A stretch of 64,000 nt of DNA from Naegleria gruberi. Its lineage: Eukaryota. The notes under the pieces are model-generated. The model worked only from the letters and a program-made list of their open reading frames with translations. It did not search any database and was not told the DNA's origin. Shown one piece after another: positions 54,560 to 64,000 of this stretch. Made by a program: the position numbers and the translations under genes. Location: assembly GCA_000004985.1 (NCBI GenBank), contig GG738848.1. One strand, given 5' to 3'. The number at the start of each line of letters is the position of its first letter. Position 1 is the first letter of the stretch.

Positions 54560-57319
54560 TCAACTACTTACAATTCCCCAAATTGAGGGACTAGTTTCAA
54601 CAAAAACTTTTTGTGCAATCTTGTCCATTTCTTCTTCTTTGAGATCAAGTAATTGCCCAATAACCTTGAGAAGTTTTTCTCTAACAATCTTCTCATCTGA
54701 GGTCAAGAATGAATATAAAATATTCTTCAAGTATTCTAGGTTAGGATCACCTCGTTTTTGAAGTCTGTGTAAATGTTCAATTTCTTCTTTCAATTGCTTT
54801 TCCAATTCTCTAAATGATTTTTCACTACTTTCTCTGTCTTTAATTATTTCCTTAAGCTTGTTAATAGTTTCCTTATAGTGATTAACTTCATTATCTCTAC
54901 CTGCTTGAATATTGGCCAGTTCTACCAATTGATTGAAATCTCTTTCCAGAGCTGGCGTGGAAGTGGTAGGGCTCTGCTCTTCCTTTGAAGGAGTGGAAGG
55001 TTCCTCACCTGAAAGAGCATTCTCTAAAATTTGACTTTGATCAATCTTTCTTGGAGTTCTAGAGCTTGATGGTGAATCAAGAGCATTATTCATTAGATCA
55101 GTAATTTGATTTCTAAGAGATTGATTTTCGTCTTTCAAAATGGTAATTTCATTTTCTAAAGAAACATTCTTCTCTTTAAGGGATTCAGCCTCTTCGAATT
55201 GTTGTTTGGATTCGGAAATCTTCATTTGGAGCTTGGTAATTTCTCTTTCCTTATCATCCAAGATTCTTCTACTTCTTTCTCTTGAAATTCTCAACTCTTT
55301 TCTGAATTGATCATCCAACTCATCATTCTTATTTTCAAGAGTCTTCATGGAAGCCTCATATTCTTGAATTATATTTGCCTTCTCTTGATTGAACTCCTCC
55401 TTACTTCTCTCAATCTTCTTTTCCAAAGATCTGATTCTGTCCTCTAAATCATCTTTTTCTGAGTTTACACGATCAAGTTCTCCTCCAAGCTTTACAGCCT
55501 TTTCTTGAATTTCAAGTAAACTTTGAACTTGATCTTGCAAATCTTGAACTAGTTTTGTTGATTCCTCATGTTCCTCTTGCTTCTTGGTGACAGCTTCATT
55601 TAGTTGAGTGATTTGAGTTTCATAATCAACCTTAGCTTGATTAAGAGCGTCTGTTTTCTTTTTCAAGGCAGCGTGTGCTCTAGTCTTATAGGTTTTGAGT
55701 TCTTCATCCTTATCATTCAATAACTTAACCTGCTCATCATACTTATTAGTTAATTCGGATAATTTTGTTTGGAAGTTTTCTTCCAATTCCTCAATAATTG
55801 ATTTGCCTGGTACCAATGTATCAAACGATTCTGTTTGACTTTGCTGAGAATAAACTTCCTTCAGTAAATCGTGCTGCATCCATTCAAGATTTGTTTTTTC
55901 TTCGTCTGTGTATTGGAAATAGAACCACAAAACTCCATCTATTAGAATCTTTTTGAGAATCTTGATATCCTTATAACTCTTTTTAACAGGCTCTGAGACA
56001 ACTGGTGGCGTATTCTTTACAGTTTCACAAAGATCAGTATAAAGCTTGTCCTTTTCCTCAATGGTCTTCTTTTGATCGGAGATTTTTTCGTCACTCTCCT
56101 TGAGTTGTTTGTCGTTTTGTGATATTTGAAGTTTCAGCTCCTCGATTTGTTTGTTCAGCTTCTCAATTGATTCATCCTTTGTTTTCAATTCTTGTTGAAG
56201 AGATGAATTGAACTCGGCAGATTTGTTTCCCTCCTCTGTTTTCTTATTTAATTCTTCAATGGTTTTTTCCAAAGTAGAAACTTGCTTTTTGAGCTCTTCA
56301 ATTTTCTTCATATCCTTATTACTGATTACTTTCACTTTTTCTTTCCAATCCGTGACCTTTGTTTTAAAAGTGTTCAATTCGTTCTCCTTCTCTTTGTACA
56401 ATTTCTCAAATTCTGCACACTTTTTCCTGATATCTTCCTCAGAAACATTTGCATCTGCATTTGAAGAAGATTCAACCTTGTCACTTGGTTGAGCATTTGA
56501 TGAAACTTCCTCATTTGTTGTTTCAGCCTTTTGATCTTCTGGATCCTTTTCCTTCTTCTTTACATTTTCATAAACTTTAACTGTTTTGGAAATCTTTTGT
56601 AAATTAGTTCCCATTTTACTCATCTTTTCTGTGATTGCCATATCACGTTGCTCGTATAATTGATCAATTTGTGTCATGAATCCCATAATCATTTGTTGTA
56701 CAGTTGGATCCAAAAGTGTTCCTTTCTGAGAGTCCTCCTTCTTTTGTTGGGCAATAGAACTCGATAATCTTCCACTATTTTCCTTTGATTTAGTAATACT
56801 ATTTTCACAAGTTTGTACTTTTTGTGAAAACTTGTCAGTGAAGGAGGTAAATTCATCAGACATTAAATTGCAATGGTTTTGAATAGTATCAGTGAGTGAT
56901 TTCAATAATTCTTCATTATTACTTGATGATGTAACTTGGTGACTGTCAGTAGATTCTGTGGTTGTTGCTGATGATGGAGTATTATTATTTACACTGATAT
57001 TTGTTTCTTCTTGTTCTGATGCAGGAGGGGAATCAACTACAACTGACGATACTTCTTCAATTGTCGATGACGGTACTTGATTCGACTCTTGTTCCGATGA
57101 TGAAGCTGCCACAATTTCTGGTTCTTGTTGCTCCGATTCTTGTTGATCAACATTTACCTCGGAAGAGTGACTGGAAGTTTCTGTAGTAGGTTCAACTACT
57201 ACTTGTTGTGATTCCACATTCTCAGAGGTTGAACTTGTTTCGGTTGTTGTTGATGTTGTTTCTTGTGGTTCATTTGTTGTTGTTGAGGTGGTATTCTTTG
57301 ACTTCTTCTTTTTAGCCAT
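54560..57319 (-). CDS. Long coiled-coil golgin with C-terminal GRIP domain; single exon, 919 aa
   Basis: The N-terminal third is S/T/E-rich, followed by about 600 aa of heptad coiled-coil. The C-terminus NLEYLKNILYSFLTSDEKIVREKLLKVIGQLLDLKEEE matches the GRIP consensus (EYLKNVLLxF........LxxVIxxLLxFSxEE). Confidence 0.65.
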   Translation of the reverse strand: MAKKKKSKNTTSTTTNEPQETTSTTTETSSTSENVESQQVVVEPTTETSSHSSEVNVDQQESEQQEPEIVAASSSEQESNQVPSSTIEEVSSVVVDSPPASEQEETNISVNNNTPSSATTTESTDSHQVTSSSNNEELLKSLTDTIQNHCNLMSDEFTSFTDKFSQKVQTCENSITKSKENSGRLSSSIAQQKKEDSQKGTLLDPTVQQMIMGFMTQIDQLYEQRDMAITEKMSKMGTNLQKISKTVKVYENVKKKEKDPEDQKAETTNEEVSSNAQPSDKVESSSNADANVSEEDIRKKCAEFEKLYKEKENELNTFKTKVTDWKEKVKVISNKDMKKIEELKKQVSTLEKTIEELNKKTEEGNKSAEFNSSLQQELKTKDESIEKLNKQIEELKLQISQNDKQLKESDEKISDQKKTIEEKDKLYTDLCETVKNTPPVVSEPVKKSYKDIKILKKILIDGVLWFYFQYTDEEKTNLEWMQHDLLKEVYSQQSQTESFDTLVPGKSIIEELEENFQTKLSELTNKYDEQVKLLNDKDEELKTYKTRAHAALKKKTDALNQAKVDYETQITQLNEAVTKKQEEHEESTKLVQDLQDQVQSLLEIQEKAVKLGGELDRVNSEKDDLEDRIRSLEKKIERSKEEFNQEKANIIQEYEASMKTLENKNDELDDQFRKELRISRERSRRILDDKEREITKLQMKISESKQQFEEAESLKEKNVSLENEITILKDENQSLRNQITDLMNNALDSPSSSRTPRKIDQSQILENALSGEEPSTPSKEEQSPTTSTPALERDFNQLVELANIQAGRDNEVNHYKETINKLKEIIKDRESSEKSFRELEKQLKEEIEHLHRLQKRGDPNLEYLKNILYSFLTSDEKIVREKLLKVIGQLLDLKEEEMDKIAQKVFVETSPSIWGIVSS

Positions 57320-57476
57320 TTTTTTGTGATGTCATCAACAATGCTGGTGTGGATGATAGAAGGCGAATTGACCAACAAAATCGAAAGAATTGTTTTTATT
57401 GATATGTGAAAATCTAGGAATGTGAAGATTACTCATCGACACATTTAAAAATCTAGGAGCAGAGACAAAATTGTGC

Positions 57477-57746
57477 TTATTGTCTTCTTCTCTTGAAGAA
57501 AGCCATGAAAAAGTCAAAAACTGCATAACCAACAGAAAATCCGATAGCAGCAGAGAAAGCAACAAAGAATGGTTTAACAATAAAGTTGGAAACATTAGCT
57601 TGAGCTTCCAAATAGGTTTGTCTACGATATCGCCAAACCTTAGCATCAGAATTACCTCCAGTGGTAAGGAATGAATGATCATCATCCAAGATATCGTTTC
57701 CTCCTCTTTGTGGTGTGCAAGGAGTGCTTTCTAAAGATTGGTCCAT
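57477..57746 (-). CDS. Small protein with one C-terminal transmembrane segment, function unknown
   Basis: ATG at the complement of 57744-57746. The 89-aa product has the hydrophobic stretch FFVAFSAAIGFSVGYAVFDFFMAFF before a basic C-terminus. Confidence 0.35.
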   Translation of the reverse strand: MDQSLESTPCTPQRGGNDILDDDHSFLTTGGNSDAKVWRYRRQTYLEAQANVSNFIVKPFFVAFSAAIGFSVGYAVFDFFMAFFKRRRQ

Positions 57747-57944
57747 TTTTTTGGTGGGTTTTTTTGAATTAAATTTTAGGCGGGAACATTATTGGTGCTA
57801 AATAACAAAATAAACACAACAATATTTGTTGAAAATAAGTACTAGTTAGAATCCATCAAATAATAATTAAATTTAAATTATAAAATCGTAATACACTCTA
57901 CGTGTAAACTTCGTCATCAAATAATAAAAAAATTATATAAAAAA

Positions 57945-58847
57945 ATGTCTAAAACATTGGACGGCTTCCCAGAATTACTTTCAGTGAGAAATGCTCTCTT
58001 CCTTGGCAATCACACTGTGTGTTTGAGCAAAATTGCCCAAACATCGATCAATGAAAATAATGTGGATATGAAATTGGAAAGAGATGTTCTTTCATATAGA
58101 GCACACATCGGATTGGGACAACATGATCTTGTATTACAACAAATCAAGGAAAGTGATAGTCTTGCTATTCCTCTTAAATCAGTCCGATTATTGGCTGAAT
58201 ATTTCCAAGCTGCCAAAAGAGGATCACCAAATGATTCTATTATTGAAAAAATCGACTCTCTCCAACAAGATCCATCATATTCTACTGACAATACTTTTGC
58301 TGTTGTTTCTGCTACTATTTATGCTCATGAAGGAAATGATATTGCTTGTTTAAAGACTCTTCACGATATTTCATCATTGGAAGCCTTTGCTCTTCGTGTT
58401 AGAACACTTATTAGAATGAATCGTGCTGATTTAGCAGAGCATACATTTAAAAAGATGTCCGAACAATATGAAGATGCTACATTAACTCAATTTACTGGTG
58501 CTTTTGTTTCCTTGGCTAAAGGAACAAAGGAAAGAGTTTCTGAAGCTGAACTGACATTTAAAGAATTATCTGAAAAGTTTGGACAATCTGTTGCTCTTGC
58601 CAACGGTTTAGCTTTATGTTTAATGTTTGATTTTGAATTTGAGGATGCTGAAAAGATCTTGATGAATGCTTTAGGTATTTCAACAAATGATCCAGAAACT
58701 TTTGTTAATCTTATTGCTTGTAGTTTACATTTGAAGAAAGACGCTTCCAGATTTATTTCTCAATTGCAATCTTCTTCACCAAATCATCCTTGGATTAAGA
58801 AATATAACTCACTCTCTGAAACTTTTGACAAATTGACAAACCATTAA
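57945..58847 (+). CDS. COPE: Coatomer subunit epsilon (epsilon-COP); single exon, 300 aa
   Basis: It is collinear with epsilon-COP: ELLSVRNALFLGNHTVC (DELFDVKNAFYIGSYQQC), LSYRAHIGLGQHDLVL, EDATLTQFTGAFVSLAKG (EDATLTQLATAWVSLATG), DPETFVNLIACSLHLKKD and HPWIKKY (HPFIKEY). Confidence 0.88.
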   Translation: MSKTLDGFPELLSVRNALFLGNHTVCLSKIAQTSINENNVDMKLERDVLSYRAHIGLGQHDLVLQQIKESDSLAIPLKSVRLLAEYFQAAKRGSPNDSIIEKIDSLQQDPSYSTDNTFAVVSATIYAHEGNDIACLKTLHDISSLEAFALRVRTLIRMNRADLAEHTFKKMSEQYEDATLTQFTGAFVSLAKGTKERVSEAELTFKELSEKFGQSVALANGLALCLMFDFEFEDAEKILMNALGISTNDPETFVNLIACSLHLKKDASRFISQLQSSSPNHPWIKKYNSLSETFDKLTNH

Positions 58848-59141
58848 AGTGTATCATTAATAATACAATCAAAATTCGATTTTTATTATTTTAAAAAATA
58901 GCCATGATTATTCGGTTAGGAAAGAAAGTATGTTTAATACCTCTATAATAATCAGGATTGCTTGACAGAGCGCACTATCATCACAAACTTTACATTATTT
59001 TAAATCACAATATAATATTTGGATAATATTTAATAGGCTATTGTTGGAGGAGCAATCACTCTCGGAGTTGGTTATCAACAAAAGAAAGACTATGATAATA
59101 GAAAAACTCTAGCTCTAGAGTTTTTAGTGGATAGACCATCA

Positions 59142-59351
59142 ATGTCCAATGATGAGGATGACGATTTTGCCATAACAATTATTGATGAAAGTCAAGAAAA
59201 ATTACATACTCCAATTCGAATTGCAAATCCAACAGCAGATATTGAAAGAATCAGAAGAGAAGAACAAATGAAATTAATGTTCGGTGTTGGTACTCCCACA
59301 AAGGAAGAATTACACAAATTATTACAACAAGATTTGAAAAAATCAAATTAA
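59142..59351 (+). CDS. Small acidic hypothetical protein; may be the last exon of a spliced gene
   Basis: The ORF-track start at 59127 is GTG; the first ATG at 59142 gives MSNDEDDDFAITIIDESQ...FGVGTPTKEELHKLLQQDLKKSN. The frame stays open upstream to an acceptor-like tttaatag followed by a Gly-zipper segment (AIVGGAITLGVGYQQKK), so an upstream exon is possible. Confidence 0.3.
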   Translation: MSNDEDDDFAITIIDESQEKLHTPIRIANPTADIERIRREEQMKLMFGVGTPTKEELHKLLQQDLKKSN

Positions 59352-60064
59352 TCTCGTCAAACCATTGGAATTTGAAAACTTGACACAAACGAGCATGCAT
59401 AAATGTAAATAAACAACAAAATTATAGAGATGTCGTGGTTGTGTTGATATTAGGACTGACCCACTAGTTTAATTAGCATTGCCAGCAGAAACCTTTCACT
59501 TATAATTTCACTTGCCTTGATGACCGCACATGTATTTGACAAAACATGTTTAGTTAACTGAATAGCAAATTTAGCTGATAACCTTTTGGTAAGTGTTGAA
59601 CTGTCCTCTTCCTTGCTTGGAAAACTTGTTTAAAATAATTGTGGTTGAAAAAATTAATTAATTTTAAAAAACTGTGAAAAGCCTGAGCATGAAGGTATTT
59701 TATTTCCAATTAATCCATTTAAGTTTTACATTAAGACTGTTCAGTTCACAAGTTCGGTTTGGGTTTAATTAGCTTTTGCGCAACCACACAAAATAGAAAG
59801 CAATGACCCTTTTCACTCAAATAAAATCCACTCCTCAATCTTAAAAACATTGAAAATTCTCAAACAAAACAACATTCCATGGTTTTCAACCTATTGTGTT
59901 TCATGGCAATGAGTTGGTTTGCATGTTGAGGAACAAACCATTGTTTTTCTGCATAGGAAAGGCTTCGGAAAATTCATAAAAAATTCCTTCACATCAACCA
60001 CTTAAGGAGGTATTGTCGAGTGCATTTCCGCCATTTACATTCACCTCATCAATTTGCTACAAAC

Positions 60065-61369
60065 ATGTTTGATCCTCTGAAGAATTACAATTTTGATCGC
60101 ATGAACAATCTTGTGCGAGAGATTGGTTCCGAACAAGAAAGGAAGCAAGCCAATACTACCAACTCAACAACATCATCAATAGAGTTTAATGAAGAAAATA
60201 CTGTGGAAGTTAATTTAAAGTTTGATGAGTTTATGGATAATATTGAATTGGTGAAGCCTTTTCTTTATAACATTGAGAGATTTATAATTTCATATAATGA
60301 ATTGAGTGAAGAACAAGCCAGTGAAAAAGTTGACATGTCTCCTCTTTCAAAGAAGTGTAAAATATTGGATGCAAGTCATAATAATTTCAAGAACATGTCT
60401 CATGCATTTTGGAGTTTTTTATTCAATGCATCCATCACTTACTTTAATTTATCCAATAATTGCCTTGTAGAATTTATTTCTTCCAAAATGGATGCTACAT
60501 GGTTGCCTAAATTGGAATATTTGATATTGGCCAATAATTCCATCTGTTCACTCATCAACTCAACAGAGACCTCATTACTTTCTTCTCTTATAAGGCTCGA
60601 TTTATCAAACAACCTTGTTGATAATGATTCTTTGAATAATATTTTATTTGGTGGAAATCTTACAAACCTCAAACACCTCTATGTGAAGAATAACAAAGTC
60701 TCTGGTACTTTGAAAAATGTGAACTCGGTCAATCAATCACTTGAAGAAATTTATTTGGATGAAAATCAAATTGAGCAAGTAGATAATTCATGGTTTTCCT
60801 CATTACCAAATCTCAAAGTCATTTCTTTACCATTCAACAAAATTCAAGATATAGACATCCAAACCAATAACAAAATTGAAAAGATCTACCTTCATTCCAA
60901 TCAAATCAAGAGTATTGACAGCATTAAGGCTGTTTTCTCTGATTCCTTAAAAGTTTTTTCAGCCCATCAAAATCAAATATCAACCATTCCTGAAGAAATT
61001 TCAAACTCTATTTCTCTCAGAGAAGTTACGTTTTTCAACAATACTATTCAACAATTACCAAAAGGATTGTACAACTTGATCAATATTGATACGCTATATC
61101 TTCAAAATAATGAAATTGCTGAACTTTTACCAGAATTAGGAAATTTAACAAACTTGACAGAATTGGATTTATTCAATAACAAGCTCTCCTCGCTTCCTTC
61201 AACAATTGGTAATCTTACCAAATTGAAGAGATTATGCCTTGATAGTAACAGATTGAAAACTATTCCTGCAGATGTTGTCAATCTTTCCAATTTAATTTCC
61301 TTCACTTTCCACAATAACCCTGAACTAAAAGTTTCACCATACATCCAAATGATGTCAACAGGAATGTAA
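60065..61369 (+). CDS. Leucine-rich-repeat protein of the SHOC2/Rsu1 (Ras-group) LRR type
   Basis: The true ATG is at 60065 (MFDPLKNYNF...); the ORF-track start at 60020 is GTG. The C-terminal half has typical 23-aa LRRs (LxxLxxLxLxxNxIxxLPxxIGN), for example LTNLTELDLFNNKLSSLPSTIGNLTKLKRLCLDSNRLKTIP. Confidence 0.7.
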   Translation: MFDPLKNYNFDRMNNLVREIGSEQERKQANTTNSTTSSIEFNEENTVEVNLKFDEFMDNIELVKPFLYNIERFIISYNELSEEQASEKVDMSPLSKKCKILDASHNNFKNMSHAFWSFLFNASITYFNLSNNCLVEFISSKMDATWLPKLEYLILANNSICSLINSTETSLLSSLIRLDLSNNLVDNDSLNNILFGGNLTNLKHLYVKNNKVSGTLKNVNSVNQSLEEIYLDENQIEQVDNSWFSSLPNLKVISLPFNKIQDIDIQTNNKIEKIYLHSNQIKSIDSIKAVFSDSLKVFSAHQNQISTIPEEISNSISLREVTFFNNTIQQLPKGLYNLINIDTLYLQNNEIAELLPELGNLTNLTELDLFNNKLSSLPSTIGNLTKLKRLCLDSNRLKTIPADVVNLSNLISFTFHNNPELKVSPYIQMMSTGM

Positions 61370-61376
61370 ATAAAAA

Positions 61377-62390
61377 TCAATTCTTCTCCTCCTTTAATTC
61401 GTTCACATCAATAAATTTTGGCTTTTGATTTTGGTTTGGTGGTGGGAGAGCTTCGGTTTTGTGTCTATTAAGAACTACAGATGAAAAGAATCTGTAATAT
61501 TCATTCACATACCAAACCATTGTAGAAAGCCAATTTGACGATTTTTCTTCCTTTGGAGGTGTCTCTTTAGACCTAGTATTGATTTCAAATTCCCCAATAG
61601 TTGAAATAAGAGAATAGTACGTTGTTGCAAATGTTATGAGTGATAACAACGCCATAATAGATAAATAAACAAATGTGAATCTCCAAGATTGATCAAATGT
61701 TTGCTTTCCAGCTATTAATACTGAATCTTTTGGATCTATAGGATTAATTCTCACAAGAATAACCTCGTCCTTTTTGAATTCTTCAACCAATCCCAATAAA
61801 TTATTTTTCATTTCTTCTCCACTTCCAACAAACCAGTATGGAACTGTCCAAAATACTCTATCATTATTAAATATTCTTGGCTTTCCACTTGTTATCACTA
61901 ATGGCTCCTCTGGATCAATAGAAGTAGGCATGAGAGGAATAAATACATTACTATCCTTTTCATCCAAAAACAACTTTTTTGGTGTTAAATCAATTTTTCT
62001 ATAGCCCGACCCTGTTGGATGTTTTTGATAGTATTGACTAGTTCCTAATTTATATTCATATTTAATATTCAATCTACAAGCATTTGTTAATCCGAATAGA
62101 ATTTTACCTTCCTCTAATTCTACTGATTGAATAACTCCTTGGGCAAAAGGCCAATGATTCGATTCATCAGCCTTCTTCAAAATTTGTCTTGTTTCACTCA
62201 CTTGTTTCCAAGCCTTCCACAATGGCAATGATGAAACAGCAAGACTTCCAACAAGCACAAGTCCTAATCCTCTCTTTTGAATATTATTGGTAATTTTAAA
62301 GAGTGATGATGATTCGGAGATTTTGTGTTTAATCAAATTGTTGCCTCCTTCCAACATTATCAGCAAATTGTTGTTGCATGATTTTTTCAT
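61377..62390 (-). CDS. Hypothetical membrane protein with two predicted TM segments
   Basis: ATG at the complement of 62388-62390. Hydrophobic segments are LGLVLVGSLAVSSLPLW near the N-terminus and FTFVYLSIMALLSLITFATTYYSLI near the C-terminus. I recognise no family. Confidence 0.4.
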   Translation of the reverse strand: MKKSCNNNLLIMLEGGNNLIKHKISESSSLFKITNNIQKRGLGLVLVGSLAVSSLPLWKAWKQVSETRQILKKADESNHWPFAQGVIQSVELEEGKILFGLTNACRLNIKYEYKLGTSQYYQKHPTGSGYRKIDLTPKKLFLDEKDSNVFIPLMPTSIDPEEPLVITSGKPRIFNNDRVFWTVPYWFVGSGEEMKNNLLGLVEEFKKDEVILVRINPIDPKDSVLIAGKQTFDQSWRFTFVYLSIMALLSLITFATTYYSLISTIGEFEINTRSKETPPKEEKSSNWLSTMVWYVNEYYRFFSSVVLNRHKTEALPPPNQNQKPKFIDVNELKEEKN

Positions 62391-62817
62391 TCTTGTTAAT
62401 TTTTTTTAAAGTTATAGAAAAATTACTAATTATTGTTTTATTGAATGGTGAATTCATGTGTGCTGATGAATTAATAACTTTCACATAATTACATTACTCT
62501 GTAATTATTATTTATTATATGCTTGTTGCTTTTACAATTATAAAAATTGTAAACCTCGAAAATCCACTCAAATTAATTGGGAAAAATTTCCAATCATAAC
62601 CCACTTTTCCTTATATAAATGATCTTACAGTAACCTATTTAAAATCCCTCAATTTCAAATATCTAACAAAGGTCTATTAAAAGTTTTGTAAAGTTGATAT
62701 CAACTCCTTCGCTTGCTAATGCTTGGTCCCTTCTATTACTTCTGCTGTCTCTCGCAGAAAATAAAAACAAATAAAATTCAAAATTATTTTTCGCGTTTAA
62801 AAAAATAAAACAACATC

Positions 62818-64000
62818 ATGGCTGAACTCACACCACAACAAGTTCTCGGTCTCTACTCTGCCATTAATTTGGCTTTAGAAGCTGAACAAGAAACCTTGAA
62901 GACTTTGGAAGAAGCTGCTCAAGAAAGGAGAGGAGATGAAATTATTGCTAAAGCCGCTACTGAAGCTGGTATTAACATGGACGAAGCTGAAATTGTTAAC
63001 CAAGGCTTGAGAGTTGGTGAATTCAACGAAGAAGTCGCTGCTGCTATCAAGAAGTTCAATTCAATCAGACCACAATCCAAGAATGCTAAGAAGAAGCTCG
63101 AAAAGAGAATTTCTTCCATGCAAAAGAAGTTGGAAAAGAAGTTGGAAAAGCAAAAGGCTCAAGGTGATGAAAAGATCGATGAAGACAGCTTGGATCCAAG
63201 CAAGTACTATGAAATCAGAAAGAAGAATATTTTGGAATTGGAAAAGGAAGGTTTTGATGCTTTCCCACACAAATTCAATGTTGACACTACTGTTCCAGAA
63301 TTCATCAAGAAGTACTCTCACTTGGCTGCTGAACAACGTGTTCAAGAAGAAACTGTTGCCCTTGCTGGTAGAATTATTACTAGTAGACCAACTGGTAAAT
63401 TAGTTTTCTATCACATTAGAGCTGAAGGTGAAGATCTCCAAGTTATGAGTGGTATCAGTGATTATGCTGAAGGTGAAGATGCTTTCAAGAAGGTTCACTC
63501 TGTTCTCCGTAGAGGTGATATTATCGGTATTAACGGTTTTGCTGGTAAGAGTAAGAAGGGAGAATTGTCCATCATTCCAACCAAGATTACTTTGTTGACA
63601 CCATGTTTCCACATGTTGCCAAAGGAACATTACGGTTTGACCAACCAAGATACCAGATATAGACAACGTTATTTGGATTTGATCATGAATAAGAAGTCAA
63701 GAGATATCTTTGTCACTCGTAGTAAGATTATTGCTCACTTGAGAACTTTCTTGAATGAAAGAGGTTTCCTTGAAGTTGAAACTCCAATGATGAACATGAT
63801 TCCAGGTGGTGCTAATGCTAGACCATTCACTACTTATCACAATGATTTGGAAATGCTTTTGTATATGCGTATTTCTCCTGAATTGTACTTGAAGCAATTG
63901 GTTGTCGGTGGTTTGGAAAGAGTTTACGAAATTGGTAAGAACTTCAGAAATGAAGGTATTGATTTGACTCACAATCCTGAATTCACTGCTTGCGAATTCT
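62818..64000 (+). CDS. KARS1: Lysyl-tRNA synthetase (class II), 5' part; continues beyond the window end
   Basis: ATG at 62818 and the frame is open to the window edge; the ORF track does not list it because there is no stop in the window. The N-terminal K-rich extension and anticodon-binding domain are followed by class-II motifs ([13 protein letters not shown]..., [61 protein letters not shown]). Confidence 0.9.
   Translation, partial: MAELTPQQVLGLYSAINLALEAEQETLKTLEEAAQERRGDEIIAKAATEAGINMDEAEIVNQGLRVGEFNEEVAAAIKKFNSIRPQSKNAKKKLEKRISSMQKKLEKKLEKQKAQGDEKIDEDSLDPSKYYEIRKKNILELEKEGFDAFPHKFNVDTTVPEFIKKYSHLAAEQRVQEETVALAGRIITSRPTGKLVFYHIRAEGEDLQVMSGISDYAEGEDAFKKVHSVLRRGDIIGINGFAGKSKKGELSIIPTKITLLTPCFHMLPKEHYGLTNQDTRYRQRYLDLIMNKKSRDIFVTRSKIIAHLRTFLNERGFLEVETPMMNMIPGGANARPFTTYHNDLEMLLYMRISPELYLKQLVVGGLERVYEIGKNFRNEGIDLTHNPEFTACEF

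Noticed and set aside
1-64000. Prokaryotic interpretation (operons, phage or defence islands, CRISPR)
   Set aside because: GT..AG introns interrupt conserved domains in many genes. The tRNAs lack encoded CCA, and the gene content is eukaryote-specific (eRF1, ribophorin I, epsilon-COP, Skp1, Rab/Rac, golgin). There are no repeat-spacer arrays.
1-64000. Treating every 'M' of the supplied ORF track as a start codon
   Set aside because: At least ten listed starts are TTG or GTG in the sequence (for example 10835, 33571, 35937, 38608, 45615, 49477, 52416, 59127, 60020, 21062). For a eukaryote the first in-frame ATG or an upstream spliced exon was used instead.

Overview
This 64-kb window is eukaryotic nuclear DNA, AT-rich (roughly one-third G+C by eye) and very gene-dense. 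I count about 38 protein-coding genes on both strands and two tRNA genes, with short A/T-rich intergenic regions.

The evidence for a eukaryote is direct. There are spliceosomal introns with GT..AG ends (one GC..AG), mostly 37-112 nt, with one of 328 nt. Homopolymeric Q/H/N/S tracts occur in proteins. Start codons sit in an A-rich context (aaaaaATG). The tRNA genes lack an encoded CCA and are followed by oligo-T. Many 'M' starts in the supplied ORF track are actually TTG or GTG, so true ATG starts were re-derived where possible.

Large genes are mostly single-exon: tripeptidyl-peptidase II, the Spb1 rRNA methyltransferase, eRF1, arginyl-tRNA-protein transferase and a GRIP golgin. Small GTPase genes (Rac-like, Rab-like) are broken into many micro-exons.

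Recognisable content falls into four groups:
- Housekeeping: eRF1, lysyl-tRNA synthetase, ribophorin I, epsilon-COP, Spb1, tripeptidyl-peptidase II, ATE1.
- Signalling: Rac, Rab, RasGAP, a G-gamma-like protein, an RWP-RK factor, and a receptor-type cyclase-homology protein.
- Proteases: a membrane-anchored subtilase next to tripeptidyl-peptidase II.
- SCF ubiquitin-ligase components: three F-box genes and a Skp1-like gene.

Ciliary genes (a CYB5D1 orthologue and a roadblock/LC7-like gene) together with an RWP-RK factor suggest a flagellated protist. A Naegleria-like amoeboflagellate is the best guess, but this is inference only. I found no prokaryotic operon, no CRISPR array and no recognisable transposon.

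The most interesting candidates are two apparent domain fusions created by micro-introns: a Skp1-like domain joined to a DUF4116 repeat array, and an F-box joined to a bacterial-type DUF1963 domain. Also notable are a receptor-like degenerate nucleotide cyclase, a SLOG-like small protein, an exact 30-nt repeat at two loci, and a Rac gene with a 4-nt microexon and apparent frameshift.
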